Below, one piece after another: positions 49,901 to 63,720 of a stretch of DNA of 64,000 nt. The first letter of the stretch is position 1, and every line of letters starts with the position of its first letter. Both the position numbers and the translations under genes were made by a program. Source of the DNA: Bugula neritina (taxonomy: Eukaryota > Animalia > Bryozoa); contig OZ037768.1 of the NCBI GenBank assembly GCA_964035545.1, forward strand, positions 7,286,741 to 7,350,740. Reading direction: 5' to 3'. The notes under the pieces are model-generated. The model had not been told where the DNA came from and made no database searches. It saw nothing but the letters and a program-made list of their open reading frames with translations.

Positions 49901-52067
49901 TCATTCAAAACTCTAATATAATATAGTTAATATCAAGAGCTGACTGGAAGCTCACACAGTTCTAGAGTCTAGTACAGCAAGGGTTGGGCTATCTTGTTAC
50001 AACCCCGCTCAGGGTTGATTGTTCCCTTATGCTTTTAGTCTAACTGCTACAATTCTGTACTTGTATAGGTGTTTAATAGGAACTTCATCCCAAGATTATA
50101 AATAGCAACCTGGAATAATTTACTTTTCAATTTTTTTTGCTATTTTTAAAATATATGAATCAAGTCAAGAAAAGTATATAAATTTAATTTGTTACTTTAA
50201 ATTCCAAGTATATAATTTGCATACTGAAGACCTATAAATAGATATATGAGTGCCCCTTGTACAGTTAGATTTATACGTCTACTTTAATGTAAAACACCAG
50301 GGTGGACGAAAGATAATATCTTCAGTTCCACAGGCAACTCTATTTGACATTTCTTGGAGTATGTATAGGGTTGGTGCCAGCTATTTCACGCAAGACAAAT
50401 ATATCTGGGCGTGAATTTGAATTTAATGCCCAGAGTGATATGGTTGGATGGAGACACAGAATGGAAGTCAAGTTCACCAACTTGATGTATATAAGTGGAG
50501 GCAGGCAGGCGTTCAAATGGATTATGCAACGGGATGTTTAAGGTTAAAAGTTCAAAGTATAAAGTGAAAGGATTTAATTAAAGTTCTTAAAAACTTCTAT
50601 TTCTTTGTCAAAGTTTTATATCTACTTCCATATATTCTGCTGCTAGAGCATTAAATGTATAATTAAACTCAAAGTTGAACGCATCATTACACTTTACGAA
50701 GTTATAGTTATTTGGGTGCGTTTAAGCTATTTCATCAAACTAACTAATGTTGGATAACCTTACTTAGTCATATTACTTAGTCACTCATTGCACGAGAAAC
50801 TGCTATTATTCCTTCCACCTACTGGTACACAACTGTTTACCTTTTACATGATTGAAGGCATAAATACAAGGGCATAGTGTAGTCAAAGGTGTCACCAGAT
50901 ACACCATAAGCTTTAGATACAATGAGTTCAAGTCAGTAATTATGTCCTCCAGTGTCAACTAATTGCATTCATTCAGACAAAATTCATTCAAACTAAAGTG
51001 CATAGTGACAACTTGAAGAAGCTACAGCCATTCATCTCTCAAACTGGCTTTTAGAATAGAATGATCAACTGATGAAACTGGTATTTATCGAACTGATTTT
51101 GCTGTTGATTCAAACTTTTAGTTTGCCTCTGTGAAGCTTTAGATAGTTTCTAGAAATATTTTTTATCTCAATCAGAAAAAACACACAATTTGATGGCCTG
51201 AAATGTTAGCTGCAGTAATTTCACCTGTTTGAATATTGATAAAAAAAACTATCAAAGGGTGATGAGAAGAACAAAGAAATGGGCGATTGCCAACTATCAC
51301 TAGTCCGTTGATAAGAACATGATGTATATGGGGGTAAAAAATTTGAAACATTATGTGCTGCTATTAATAACCCTGTTGATATGATGAGTAATGTTAGATC
51401 AAATATGTATACCTTTAGTTTTTATAGAACAGCATTATTGAATCACTAATTCCTTATGCAAATTTTGCTATAATACATCTTCTGTTTATAATGCATACAC
51501 CGGTGTTATTACTGGCTGTTTGGAAATATATAAAATAACATTATGCTGTTTTGCTAGTTAGTCTTTGTAAGTGCAGCGAATTTAATGTTACATCCATATT
51601 ATTTCCTAAAGCGTGTGAATATGTGAGAAATCGCACTATAAAGTGTTTTCTTAATTAAAATACTAATAGCCTATTAATCTTTCCTTTACTAACTATCTAT
51701 GAGCCTAAGGTAATGCTCAAACTAAATTAAATGTTTTTGACCTATGAGTTTACAGATATAAGTTGATAAATATTATAATTGAAGTAGTTTAAATGACACC
51801 AGCAAATTAGTCTAATGGCAATATGACCAACACCCCTTTTTTTATAAATGAAAAGGGCTTTCTAATTCAAGTGAAATAGAAGTATATACATAAGTACACT
51901 CATAATTTCCTGTACAATGCCAAGTTATTACAATTTAATTTATATGATCAAACTTACATATCATTTGTTCTGTTCCAGTAAATATCCACTGGTGGTGCTA
52001 GAGTGTCAACTTCGGTAGCCCAAGAAATCGTTCCTAATATTGATAATAGTATGTGTAGAAAAGCCAT
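40822..52067 (-). CDS. Ephrin: Ephrin (Eph receptor ligand), ~293 aa, probably GPI-anchored; 7-8 coding exons
   Basis: Exons 52067-51958, 45617-45491, 44971-44767, 43811-43707, 43039-42989, 42162-42052, (41869-41837), 40961-40822. Signal peptide MAFLHILLSILGTISWA; ephrin-domain motifs IYWNRTNxxF, ICP, YIIY, YDSC, NCSTP, GQEYFFTSISTG, CKRYNMK with the four conserved Cys; Thr/Pro stalk; hydrophobic C-terminus. Confidence 0.88.
41837..41869 (-). CDS. Ephrin: Ephrin candidate 33-nt micro-exon
   Basis: CCACCTTACTAG acceptor, CAG|GTGTAT donor, symmetric phase 1/1, (T)IHCSNMTSSA(G). Confidence 0.4.
42052..42162 (-). CDS. Ephrin: Ephrin Thr/Pro-rich stalk exon
   Basis: (G)FTDPPIATGDPPTTISTTTSSPTTSWKDVTTKILST then GTAAGT; phase 1/1; an alternative in-frame acceptor lies 9 nt downstream. 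Confidence 0.75.
42989..43039 (-). CDS. Ephrin: Ephrin 51-nt Cys-containing exon
   Basis: TTATTTGCACAG acceptor, CAG|GTATCT donor, phase 1/1, (N)STFTCPAEAVKCNQTA. Confidence 0.65.
43707..43811 (-). CDS. Ephrin: Ephrin exon 4 (end of receptor-binding domain)
   Basis: (S)ISTGPLSGINNREPTHSACKRYNMKAIVRVCCND; TTCTTGCAG acceptor, GTAAGT donor. Confidence 0.88.
44767..44971 (-). CDS. Ephrin: Ephrin exon 3
   Basis: LPKRFYDSCHIP...HNCSTPYNQTEFTSFIDHFLPLPGSYGGLSYVSGQEYFFT; phase 0/1. Confidence 0.9.
45491..45617 (-). CDS. Ephrin: Ephrin exon 2
   Basis: (I)FLRSNNDHIVQVQIKERIRFICPFYTDSTTDRDDTEHYIIYR; phase 2/0. Confidence 0.9.
48100..48248. mobile_element. MITE-like family A, copy 3
   Basis: ~30-bp imperfect inverted arms AGGTGCAGCAGTGGAGAAATTGAGATAGCC / GGCTTTTCTCAATTTTTCCTTTACTGCACCT followed by ACCTC. 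Confidence 0.82.
51958..52067 (-). CDS. Ephrin: Ephrin first coding exon (signal peptide)
   Basis: MAFLHILLSILGTISWATEVDTLAPPVDIYWNRTND then GTAAGT, phase 2; probable upstream acceptor at 52248. Confidence 0.88.
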
Positions 52068-54595
52068 CCTTCTCAAATTATTGTGTTGTAGAAAATAAGA
52101 TACAAGCTCAGCCCATCTGCAACATCCAAATATCATATTGGCACTGTAGCTAACTAAACTGCTAGATATAACACTTGAATGACTTCAGTGAACAAATACA
52201 ACGTGAGTCATCAGAAAGGTTGTGAAAATCTAATCAGCGTTGATTAATCTGAAATAGTGTTTTTGAAATGTAACCCAAACGTATACAATAGCATTCGTAT
52301 TCCAGCCAAGAATGTCTGCAATAAACTATACAAGCTTTGACTGAGACGTGCTCTACAAGTAGGCGGAGTTATAAATGCTCTACTAAACAGAGAGAATGCA
52401 ACTCTTTATTTGACAATTACACGAGTAATCTACAAATAATAAATAAAATGATTCATGTATATTTGTTACTACTATGCAGTTGTTAATAATCAACGGGTTA
52501 ACCAGGCCATGATGCAATATATATTTCATACATAAATATATCATTATACAACACATTATAGTGCTAAATAAAACAGTAATTTCTACAAACTAAATCATTA
52601 CTTGTAAAAAGCAAAACTTGTAACTCAACAGTTTCAAATATAAAGTATATTGCTAGTTTCCAATTGAAAGAAAGTTGCAGTTTGATTTGACATTAAACGG
52701 CTTTCTTATAGTTCTTGCTGCTCAAGTTTATTGCACCTGTGATACTGGTATAGAGTTGTACAATATGTAAGCGGTTTGACAACAGAAGTTTTACATAGAC
52801 TAAAGAGTCGTTTAATTGAAACAAATAACAAGAATAACATAGACCGCACTAATTATCAACAACAACATATCTAATAATAAATTACTGAGCACATTTAAAA
52901 CTATATACTACTACTAAGCTCTTGTTTAAACTTTAACATTTTTTTAAATTACCAACATTGCTTTCAAGGGATAATATGGTCTAGTAATCAAGTTATGCCA
53001 CAGCACATAATCTAGCATCTGTTTTGTGAGCTAGACTGGAATCAGTTAAAGCAAATAACTTGGTAATGGCCACCACAACTTTAATCACTGTTGTAAGTCA
53101 AATCTACAAGTGATTAAACTATACAACTCATCAAAATTCAATTACAAGACAAGTTTGAACTTTAACTGTCTTAGCTGTCAACTATTTGACAAAGTGTCCC
53201 TTAATATCAAATAGAGCTATAGAAACCCAAAAGCTCAAGCTTGACATTGTAAATTGTTGATTATATTCGAATATGCCAAATCTGGGCTTACTCTGACAAG
53301 TATAAGTTTATAAAAGGATCAAAAATGTAATTGTATACAACAAGATTGGACTCATCTGTTGTTTTTAAGTTTTTAGAAAATATATCTTGATATTAAATTT
53401 TTTTATATAAACATCATAATTGAAATACAATAAATTATGTTGTATAACTTATATCTCCAGTCTATCTATAAAAAAAAGTTTTCTGGTAAATTTACATTTT
53501 AGACTTCGAGATAACAATGAAAATAATACTAAGTTGTAGCATATTTTATTTTTAATATAAATGATAATAACAAATGCCATTAGTTAGGCAGACTGTGTTT
53601 GACTTGTAGATTATCTCTTACAAATATATAACTGCGTAAGAAGACAACTTCCAAATAAAAATGATACACAATTGTTAAAAAATTACATCATACTCAATTA
53701 TATACATTATATATAATGACAGAAGCTGGGGTGAAGTTAAATTAAGCCAAGTCAAATCAATTAAGGTTAAAAACGTTCATACTTAGTCAAGCAATGGCTT
53801 AATTTGGCTAGAGTTGACATGAATTGAATTTTTAGTCTTTGATCAAGTCAATATCCAATGCTCATTTAACTTGTTCAATATGCATTAGCATAATTTTTTT
53901 TACAAGAGTTGGTATATTATATACAGGCACTTGGTAGTTCAAATACAATAACTAAATTATTTCTACATTAAATTTGTATATATATAACCAATCATTCATT
54001 ATAATAATAAAATTAACAGATAACTACAATTCAACATATTTAAAAGTATATATAATTCAATCAATTGAATCACATGAAAGTCATGAGTAAATATTGCCTA
54101 ATATGCAGATTTTTATTGTTATTAAAATGTTATTAAATCATACTGTGAAATAATTAATTCATTCAAATGCTAATTGATGAATATATAAGTTTCAGAAACC
54201 AAGTTAGCAGCTCAAGACTTAAAACTTGCAGCAACTCATCTATAAAATTTTTAAAGACAAATTAAGTTAATTAGCTGACCAAAGCAAAGCAACAGTTTTA
54301 GTAAGTATAACTTGTAGTCAATTTAAGAAATTTCAAGCATTTAGTCAAGAAGCACATGTTTTGGACCAAGTCATGGTAAGGATTATTTGTGGCACACACT
54401 TCACACTCTATAGGTATATGCAGCTAAGCTGCTTGAAAGCTGGGTGTGTAACCACTGGCACTATGCTCAAACCCTTTTTTATGGCTACTTTGTGGTGCTG
54501 GCCAGGTACCACAATATTACACTGCTCAACACAGAGCCATCTGATAATACGCGGATCATAAGATGTTGATCAGGTGTGGAACCATCAATACTTGG

Positions 54596-55053
54596 AAATA
54601 GACATTTTATTTATATATAAGTATTTGTATCAATTATCCTTAAAATATTTCCTTAACCACTAGTAACTTAATACAAATTTGCAGTATTGTTTATTGAGTT
54701 TATAGTAAATAGACATTTTATTTATATATAAGTATTTGTATCAATTATCCTTAAAATATTTCCTTAACCATGCACTAGTAACTTGATACAAATTTGCAGT
54801 ATTGTTTATTGAGTTTATAGTAAATAGACATTTTATTTATATATAAGTATTTGTATCAATTATCCTTAAAATATTTCCTTAACCATGCACTAGTAACTTG
54901 ATACAAATTTGCAGTATTGTTTATTGAGTTTATAGTAAATAGACATTTTATTTATATATAAGTATTTGTATCAATTATCCTTAAAATATTTCCTTAACCA
55001 TGCACTAGTAACTTGATACAAATTTGCAGTATTGTTCATTGAGTTTATAGTAA
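54596..55053. repeat. 115-bp tandem repeat x4 (first copy 111 bp)
   Basis: GACATTTTATTTATATATAAG recurs at 54601, 54712, 54827 and 54942 with near-identical units. Confidence 0.95.
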
Positions 55054-56408
55054 TAAGTTTGGCTATGAATCTAACAACATAGACTGAGCTGGTGCATCTA
55101 TACACATCTAAAATATTGTAAAAGAACTGAGTTAAAAAATCTTTGTCCGATAAGAAATTAATTGCAAAATCTGAATACCAGCATCTGCAACATTATGATA
55201 GATTATTATAGACATAACATAGACCACAAAAAGTGTTCGGAATATATTTACCTCTGAATTAGCTTGTATGCTGTGGAAAACTCTAATAAGTTTAGAATTG
55301 CATTATATAATTAAATTATGTGTATATTTGTAGTGTACATTACTTGTGTTGTGTGAATATAAGCTATTGCTATGATTTTACTTAAATGTCCTGCTATAAA
55401 ATAAAAACATTTATTATTCAAGAATACTTATTTACGGTTTTCTTTACCACAATTAGTTAATTAATTCAAGTCTTCAGTAATAAAGGAACTAAGGCTTGAT
55501 GTAGAATCTAGTGAAGCAGTGCCTGCATGGCAAATCCCAACACTTTGAAGCCGTAATGTTACGTCTGTTATAATAAAGAACAATGGAAGTATTTTCTAAA
55601 TTTTAGTAAAAATAATACTAAGATATTATTGCATCATAATAAATACAGTTGAGCAGTAATATATAGAATATATATAATTATTTTTATGTATAGTAGCAGA
55701 CTGTAAGTTTGCATCAAACATATATCTGTCAAACAAGTATTTAGAGTTGAATGTTTAATATTGCAATAATTTATATTCCACTAAAGCATCATCTGCACTT
55801 TAAAAACACAAAAACTAAATCAAACTAATATTTTAATCCTTTAAAACTTTAACATAAATCAGCGGTATGCATAAATAATTAATATTAGATAGCTGTTTGG
55901 TTAACTTCACAAAGCTAACTATGACATAAGATTTTCACAGAGGCTAATTATTGTTATTGATGAGTGCTAGCCAATTGGCCACAAAATCTAATTAACTAAA
56001 ACAACAATATAGAATTAATATGAGAGCTTTGAACAATGGTCATGGTCTTAATCAAAGCTTTTATCAGAATAATCTGTAGCCATAGAAGAATGTGCAGTTG
56101 TTACGTAAGTATTTTCAATCCAACAGATTATCTCATGAGAAGTGCAGACGTCAGTTAAATTATGTTAATCCAATGCAAAACCCTAAGACAACAAATACGG
56201 CTAAATCCTAGTTTTTTAAGGACAATTATTTTAATCTGTTATCTAGAAACATGCAGGGAGAATAAAGAATTTTTATTAAGCATGTTAAAGGCAATTGTGG
56301 AGGCAACTCCGAATATATCTGTGAGCATCGTGTGATTATAGCACCTCTATGGATTCACATTAGAGTATAGACCATAGCTACACATAAAATACCTTAAATA
56401 TATAGTAG

Positions 56409-56561
56409 GAATGGTTCTATAAGCAGCTCCGAGTTGGTGGTGAATGAGCGCAGTAGTTTGGGGGTTCTTGAGTTTCGAATTGGGGACATAACTCCAAATG
56501 TCAGACCCCCCAACTCCTGCGCTCATTCACCACCAACCCGGAGCTGCTTATAGAACCAATC
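56409..56561. mobile_element. Mutator(MULE)-type MITE, 153 bp, ~60-bp TIRs, 9-bp target-site duplication
   Basis: Arms TGGTTCTATAAGCAGCTCCGRGTTGGTGGTGAATGAGCGCAG.. are near-perfect inverted repeats; ATATAGTAG flanks both sides (56400-56408, 56562-56570); G...C termini. Confidence 0.88.
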
Positions 56562-58278
56562 ATATAGTAGATAGAACTCAAAGCAATTTTGTGTATTGCT
56601 TTAAAAACTAAAGTGCATTAAGCTCTTTTGCCACATTAATCTTTTGATGCAATCTATGCCTTGTTCACAGTTCCCATAGAACTTCCAGTTTTTACATAGC
56701 TTTAGCTTACTATAGCTTACATTAGTTCATTAATAGTGTTAAAAAATTATTTTACTTCTTAAACTAAGAAACAAATTAGCTTAATGTTTGTTTTTTGCCC
56801 ATTTCAATTTAGTAAATCAGAAAAAAGAATTAACTATAGATTAGAAACTCAAATGCCGCTAGTCAACATTTTCTTCCGCCAACGGCCATTTTTAGTATTG
56901 CATACCTGGCAATGCCACAGAAATATACAAAAAGTCAGTATTTTAACTACAAAAAATGGAATTCATTAATAAAAATAGTATACATTTAAAACCTAGTATA
57001 TACAAACATGCAGTTGGAAACTTATTGCGAAAAGTCAACACCTGTTAAAGCTAATTAATTATGTACTTGTAAGTCAGTGAAAATTGACAGCTGAGCAAAG
57101 CTAGCTTTGCATAAATTTAAATTTTCAAAAAGGCTTATATAATTTAGAAGCTTTGATTTTTCTAAATATTTGAAGAAAAATGTTTAATATAATTTAATTG
57201 AAACTAGCTTCTATAAATATTTTACAATTGGATCAGTTTGATATACTATTAGGAAATTATACTGGACTCAAGCAGACACAGCACGTGCATTTGGGATTTC
57301 TTTGTGTATTTTCAAATATCCAATTTGTCATTGATTTTTTACTCAGTGTAATGTGTTGAAAGCTTTTTAAACATATAGTTTACTTTTTAACTTTGATCAA
57401 ATTGAAAAAAATTACCCTATCCTTACATTCGGTTAAAACCTCGATTAAAATGTGGCCAAAGCATGGTCAATCATGCAACACATCAAGAGGCATAAGTTTA
57501 ATACAGAAATTAAATCAATGCTAAAATTGCTTGTAAAAAGGAAATTCACTATGCTGTCACATTGGTATGCTTCATCAGTTCGTTTGACTGTTTACATGTG
57601 TAATTCTCGTTTTGAATTAATTTAAATACTCTGTTCCAGATGTGGGCAGAGAATGCAGTTGAGTCCCATGAAGAGAGAAATCTGCAGCTGTCCGCTATTT
57701 TAAGGATTTTCAATATGGTGACTAATAGCTGTGTAACTGAGGGAGTTGGCTGCCCAGTGCCAAACCTGCTATTTTGAGAAACACTTGATTAACCTGTTAT
57801 GTGCTCCCACAACCTCTTGCTATGTAAATTGAAAACTGATGAAGGAAATTATATTATCAGTTGAAAAATCTTAAATTTACTAACTATTTAATATAATATG
57901 GCATGTTATCTCTAGCCTTCACTTGGTGGACAGTAAACAAGAGAGGCTAGCGAATAGAAAGCGCAAATAACAAACTAATGATAGAATAAACTTTCCCTAA
58001 AACTTAAACTACTTGGCGGCTGTTTTTTACCAACATGTTAATGACTAATAAAAATTTTGTTAAGAGGAAAAAGTAGCATGTCTTAATGTGATTGATATAT
58101 ACAACATCCTATGGCAATGACGTCAACATGACTATCAGATTATTGTTTTACGGATATGTAGAACTAGAGCTTCTAGTGGAGGATCATCCTTCTATATATA
58201 TCTGTATTCTGTTATATAACTTAGAGGAAAAATATGTTTAATATTAGTTGACTTATACAGCAGCTCTATTGTGCACTT

Positions 58279-58443
58279 AGGAGCAGTAGCGGAAAGATTG
58301 AGATAGCATAAGTTCTTTAATTTTATTATTAAATTTTGGTTTGAGGCCTGGGTTGAAATTCTCGTGAGAACATAACTTCTTATGCTACATTTCTAATCTA
58401 GAACACAGGCTTTTCTCAATTCCTCCATTACTGCACCTACCTC
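58279..58443. mobile_element. MITE-like family A, copy 4 (longest)
   Basis: AGGAGCAGTAGCGGAAAGATTGAGATAGC...GCTACATTTCTAATCTAGAACACAGGCTTTTCTCAATTCCTCCATTACTGCACCTACCTC. Confidence 0.82.
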
Positions 58444-58828
58444 TATTTGTGAGAATTTGGTTGTTAATGTAGTTTAATCTACAGTGAATAACCTATTAAA
58501 CTGATTTTCATTTAAAAGCAAAAATACTGCTATTACATACCCTTTCTCTTTTCCCCTTCAGCACAACTTTAGTTGTTGAAAAGTGATTTTGATTGTTACA
58601 TCATCAAAACATTATGCACAAAATGATTAATTATTACATTCCATTTAAAAATATCAATTGTGATTTAAAATTACTTTATGATTGTAGCTAATTAAGCAAT
58701 TTTTATATTTGATATAAACATATGTTTATACTCAGCTACCTGAACAGGATAAAGCTGAGATAGGTGAGAAAAAAACATATGTTTATATATTTATTATGCT
58801 CAGCTATTGAACTAATCTCAATACTTAC

Positions 58829-59000
58829 CACAGATGTGCAGCTACGCAGCGCAGCTTATACGAGTGAAGTCTTCTCGCGCGCTAGGAACTATTCCCTTTG
58901 AACTGTTCAACATGTAGCTCAGTGAAGTAGATATGAGAGACTAACTTCCTTCTCGGCAAACCCAGTATAACCGTGTTCTGTGAAGCAATGCGTGAAGTGT
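58829..59000 (-). other. Candidate non-coding first exon of the ephrin gene (5' boundary approximate)
   Basis: Minus-strand donor GTG|GTAAGTAT at 58829 beside a CpG-rich patch (CGCAGCGC, TCGCGCGC); would join the acceptor at 52248. Confidence 0.45.
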
Positions 59001-62000
59001 ATCAAAATAATACCCAGTGCAATTATTTTGTAATACGATTAATCAGCTATCTCCTCTAAACTCTGCTTACGATACTAAATAGTCTCGATAACACCTGAAT
59101 TAAAACCAGTGACACTGAAACTGGTGTACTGCAGTATGAAACAGATATGATATATGGCTTGTGAATTATTTATGCCAAAAGCATTAGTAATGCGCCAATG
59201 AACTGGGATAGCCTAAGTTCAATGAAGTTTGTATGGTTAGAGGCGTGTAGAAGGCGCAAAGTTGTTGTGATCACCAATTAGCTTAATACTGATGTAGCTT
59301 TTTGCTATAGGCCTACATCTAAATTTTCAACTTTAATTTTTTTGGAATATACATGCATTGCTTTTTTGTTTTGATCAAAACTTAGTGATATGATCCTTAT
59401 GTAATACATTTCATTATTTGTTATTGGTTTATAAACTAAAATATTCTTGTTAGCAGAGCCGGTGGTTTTGTTTATTAAATATGTTACCTAATAAATATTA
59501 TGTTATTCTACATAATATTGTGAGATCATTTCAATATCAACCAGACATTTCCATTCAAAAAACTGATGTCCTTGATATTTTTTTCTTCAATGTTAATCTT
59601 ATTAAAATATTAATCTTATTAAAAATATTTTTTTTTATAGCATAATTGATATTGTCATCTGCAACATTGCATGTTATTGTATATTTATGCATTCAAAACC
59701 TTGAGTGTAACTGCAGTTTTGTAAGAATCTGTAATATAATTTGCAATATAAACTATTCTTTGAACAAATATTTTATCCTGAGATCCTCTTATTGCCTCCA
59801 AATATTATTTTTTATTTTCTCATCAACTTGGTTTATTTTGCAGTTAGTTTTATTTGTTAGAGCATTTGGACTAATATATCACTATAATATTTTTTCTAGT
59901 GCAATATATACCAACTACTTGATCTTGGTTTGTGGTGTACAACTTTTGGGTGGTCCAATATGTATTATAGCAGTACAGAGGCAACTGCACTCGTTGGCTT
60001 AAAGTTAGTCGTCATCAAACTACGGGTAGATGAGGCATAGCAATTGATATCAAAATAAGTTCTAAATCCTGTGTTCACATGAAAGGCCTTAACAAAAACT
60101 TTTGAGTTGCTTTCAAATGAAATAAAAATTAAAAGAATTAATATTATAAAAATGTTATCGCAATGATCGTCTATGACTGGGTGGACTGCACTGAGTGTTT
60201 GGCCTACAAATATGTATTGCCTCATTTGAGGAACACATAAATGGTGACCTGAGCATCGAGTTATAGCCGTTATTGTTAGATATAATGAATATAATCGATG
60301 GTTGACAAAATGAACGCCCTACAAATTGGAAAGTAATGTTTTTTATGAAGCATGACTAAAAGATTATTTTCAAGAAACGGTACGTAGCTGCTGATGACCA
60401 TCTTTCAGCATCATTTACTGGAAAGGATTTAGTTATCTCTCACAAAGGTTAGCTAAATGTACACAGATGATGCTATTCTACTCGTGAGAACAGCTACTGA
60501 ACTCTTTTTATGGCTATAAATGGTAGAAGGCGGGTTAAATAGGTACTAAAGATGCGATGTTGCAGATTGATAGTATTGTAATGTAGTATCTGAGCTATTA
60601 TATGGGATTGAGTAGCTGCTAAAGCAGTTCCAGCTAGCAGTGATATCGAGTATTATATTAAACTTTCCTGCAAACCTATTGCATATTTTTAAACGTTTAA
60701 TATTATGTTGAGGTAGATCAAGGCTTGAGGTGGCATAAAATACTTTCTTACCACATACTTTCCCTAGCTTAAGGACCATGTGTCATTTCAAACACCATTA
60801 ATTAGTTACTTGGCCTTTAGTTTCTTGGTTCTGTTTTCAACTTTTACAACTGATAAAGAATTATAATATGCCTCCTACCTGAAGAAACCCTTTTATCAAG
60901 CCTAATACTCCTATTTTAATAAACTAGGAATTACTTGTACATATGTACGGCTTGAATAAACATTCTACTTTAAGGTAACATAAAGATAAAACTGTCAATA
61001 TGTAAAAGAATCAAACAAGAGATTGCAAGATCAGAAAAGTCTTTCTTGTACAATGAAAAGACTTATAAGTATTACTAAATGCCTATACTCTGTCAATTCA
61101 CCTAATACCATAAATTCACAAGATCAAAAGAAAGCTTTGGACGAATCAAGTTTAAGGAAAGAGAAAGAGCTAATTATGTAAGACAGTTAATCTAGACACA
61201 TCTGTTAATCTACTTTACTAAATATGTGAGCACTTCAATTGAAAATTGGAAGCCTTGAAGTTTTAGGCTAAAAGTCTATGTAATGAGATAAACATCAAGG
61301 ACATTTTTGTATTTCGAAATGGATGTTAAATGAGTTTTATTTCTAATAAAACTTTGCAGTGTTTTATTCAGGTAACTTTCCTATGTGAGTGCATCAAAAA
61401 TCTATGGTCCTCACGTGAATAGAAGGAAATTACTTGACTAAATCTCTTTCTCCTTTGTACCAATTTTTCATTCGATATAACTCAAAATGTGGATTAATTA
61501 AAAACAAAATTCAAAATTCAATTCAAAGCAATATATTAAAGCAAAAGCTTCAGTTTTAAACTAATAGCACTGAATTTACCAAACAACCAGTAGTTTGTGA
61601 CCGTCATTTCGATTTGTGTGGCAACCACGCTGGGAAGCTTACGAACTTGCAGCCGGATCACTTGGATTATCCTAATTAATTCAATTCAAACTCAGAAAGA
61701 TTTCTCGCTAATCCAAATACTTATAAGAAGCACGGCAGAAAAGTAGGAGAGGATCGTGCTGAGCACATATTCCCTCCTGAGTTCTGGTGCAGACATTTTT
61801 GTTCACCGGTTCACAAAATATCATAAATAATTTATAGCTCCAACAATATCACAAAACTACCTCTTGCTTCATGGGAATGATTCCAGGTGGGCTAGTTATC
61901 ATTTAGAGTTAGTGAAAGATGGTCTTTATACATAAAAAATGGTAAAATTACCTCCTTAATATTTCATTATTATGTAATACTGTAATAAATCTATACCGCT

Positions 62001-63720
62001 AATGTTTTTGCCCTTTTACTTCAACTCTTCAATATATCTCCTATCCATGTTACAAGTCTATAAACATTGATACCTACTTGCTTCAAGCTGGGGGAGCTTT
62101 AGCTCTTACAGTTATGAGTAATGTTGTCATGGAAACATGAGTTTAGTTTAAAAACATACAATTTAAAAGTCATGCAGGCGTAATATAGCTTATCACATTA
62201 TTATATATAGTAACAATGCCATTCTTAAAATAGGCGGATCAGAGCTGAAATCACAACTTCCTCGGTTTGCTGAATTGCTTTTGTAATAATTTTGTATATT
62301 ATTGACAGAAAAATCGAAGACTGTTACAGAACCTTACAACCATTTTAAAAAATATTCAACTTATTTGCCAACAGGCTTTTAAAAGTTAATTATCTGATTT
62401 AAGCAGTTGATGGGTTGTAACTGATAACTTAGTCAGAAACGTAACAGGTTATGGTGAACTGCGAAAAATGACTTGTTTTTAAATAACAAGGACTTATAAT
62501 ATTGGTATGATAATACTTTTCAAAAATATAAGTCAACCAACACTACTATAATAGAGTTATTGCAAAGCATGCATGGAAAAATAGTAAAAAATATTATAAT
62601 GTGTATGGAAAACATGTTAATAATAGTGCTGCATAGGGCTGCATTACAATGCAATATAAATCATTTCTTTATTATGTAGTTGAACAGACTATACTAGCCA
62701 TGAAGCAATGCTAATTTGTAATTCTAATACATAATTACTGTAGTTTAAATAATCTACTATTGTGCAGATAACTGCCTTTAGTATTAAATAAAATTAGTAG
62801 ACAAGCAATTTTTGTTGGCCTGCATAAACAAAGAGAATTAGACTGATACTCCTATGCTTGTATCCTACAACATACACCCACGGCTTGGGATTAGACCCAG
62901 ACAACATAATATAAATATGTTAGGCTTGGTATACAGAACCTAGCAGACAATGGCACAAAAGTGCACCAAGTATTAAAAATGGAAATCTATAGAAGCAGCA
63001 CTGAGTTGGAGGGCGACTGAGTACAGAGATTGCATAGCTGTGATTTTTCTAGCTTGCAAGTCTAAATGACCACTATCTCAGTGTTGCTTCCAGCAATTTC
63101 CACCAACAACTGAATTATTGGAAGAGACAAATAATTAAATCTAATTGGGGGTAGACCATAATATTATAATATAAAATTATAAATATATAATATAATAAGT
63201 ATTATCGACCATAATAAAATGATTATAATTAAATTTTCTGATCCAGACCAACGTTTTAAAGTTAGAAGGCTCAAACCCATATCTTTCAGCTTTAGTTACA
63301 GTTATAGTTACTTGGGTTAGATTGGTTTATGAGCATATAAAATATGTTTTGCTATACATTACATGACCCTAAGAGCAAATTACTGCTACAATAAATACAA
63401 CTAATAAAATATTGTGTAAATCATCTTATAAACATTCAGTAAGTTTAATTGCAAAGCCGGCATCTAGATTATTGGCATAATTCATGGAATAATACAGTCT
63501 ACATATATATGTATAAATTTATAATTGTTTGATATTTAGCCTTAAAGAAGCAATTTATCAGGATTAATCTGATTTACTGCCATATAATTGAAATTTCTTG
63601 TAATTACTTCAAAATTAGGCAAAATAAAATGCTAATTTACATTCTTTCTTTTTTGGAATAAAATCAGACTAAGCTTTTATATTAATTTACGGAAAGATAT
63701 ATAAAAATCAAGTAACGAGA

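Noticed and set aside
59646-60779. ORFs of 118, 86 and 77 aa near the right end
   Set aside because: AT-rich, no recognisable domains or consistent exon chain; consistent with chance ORFs.
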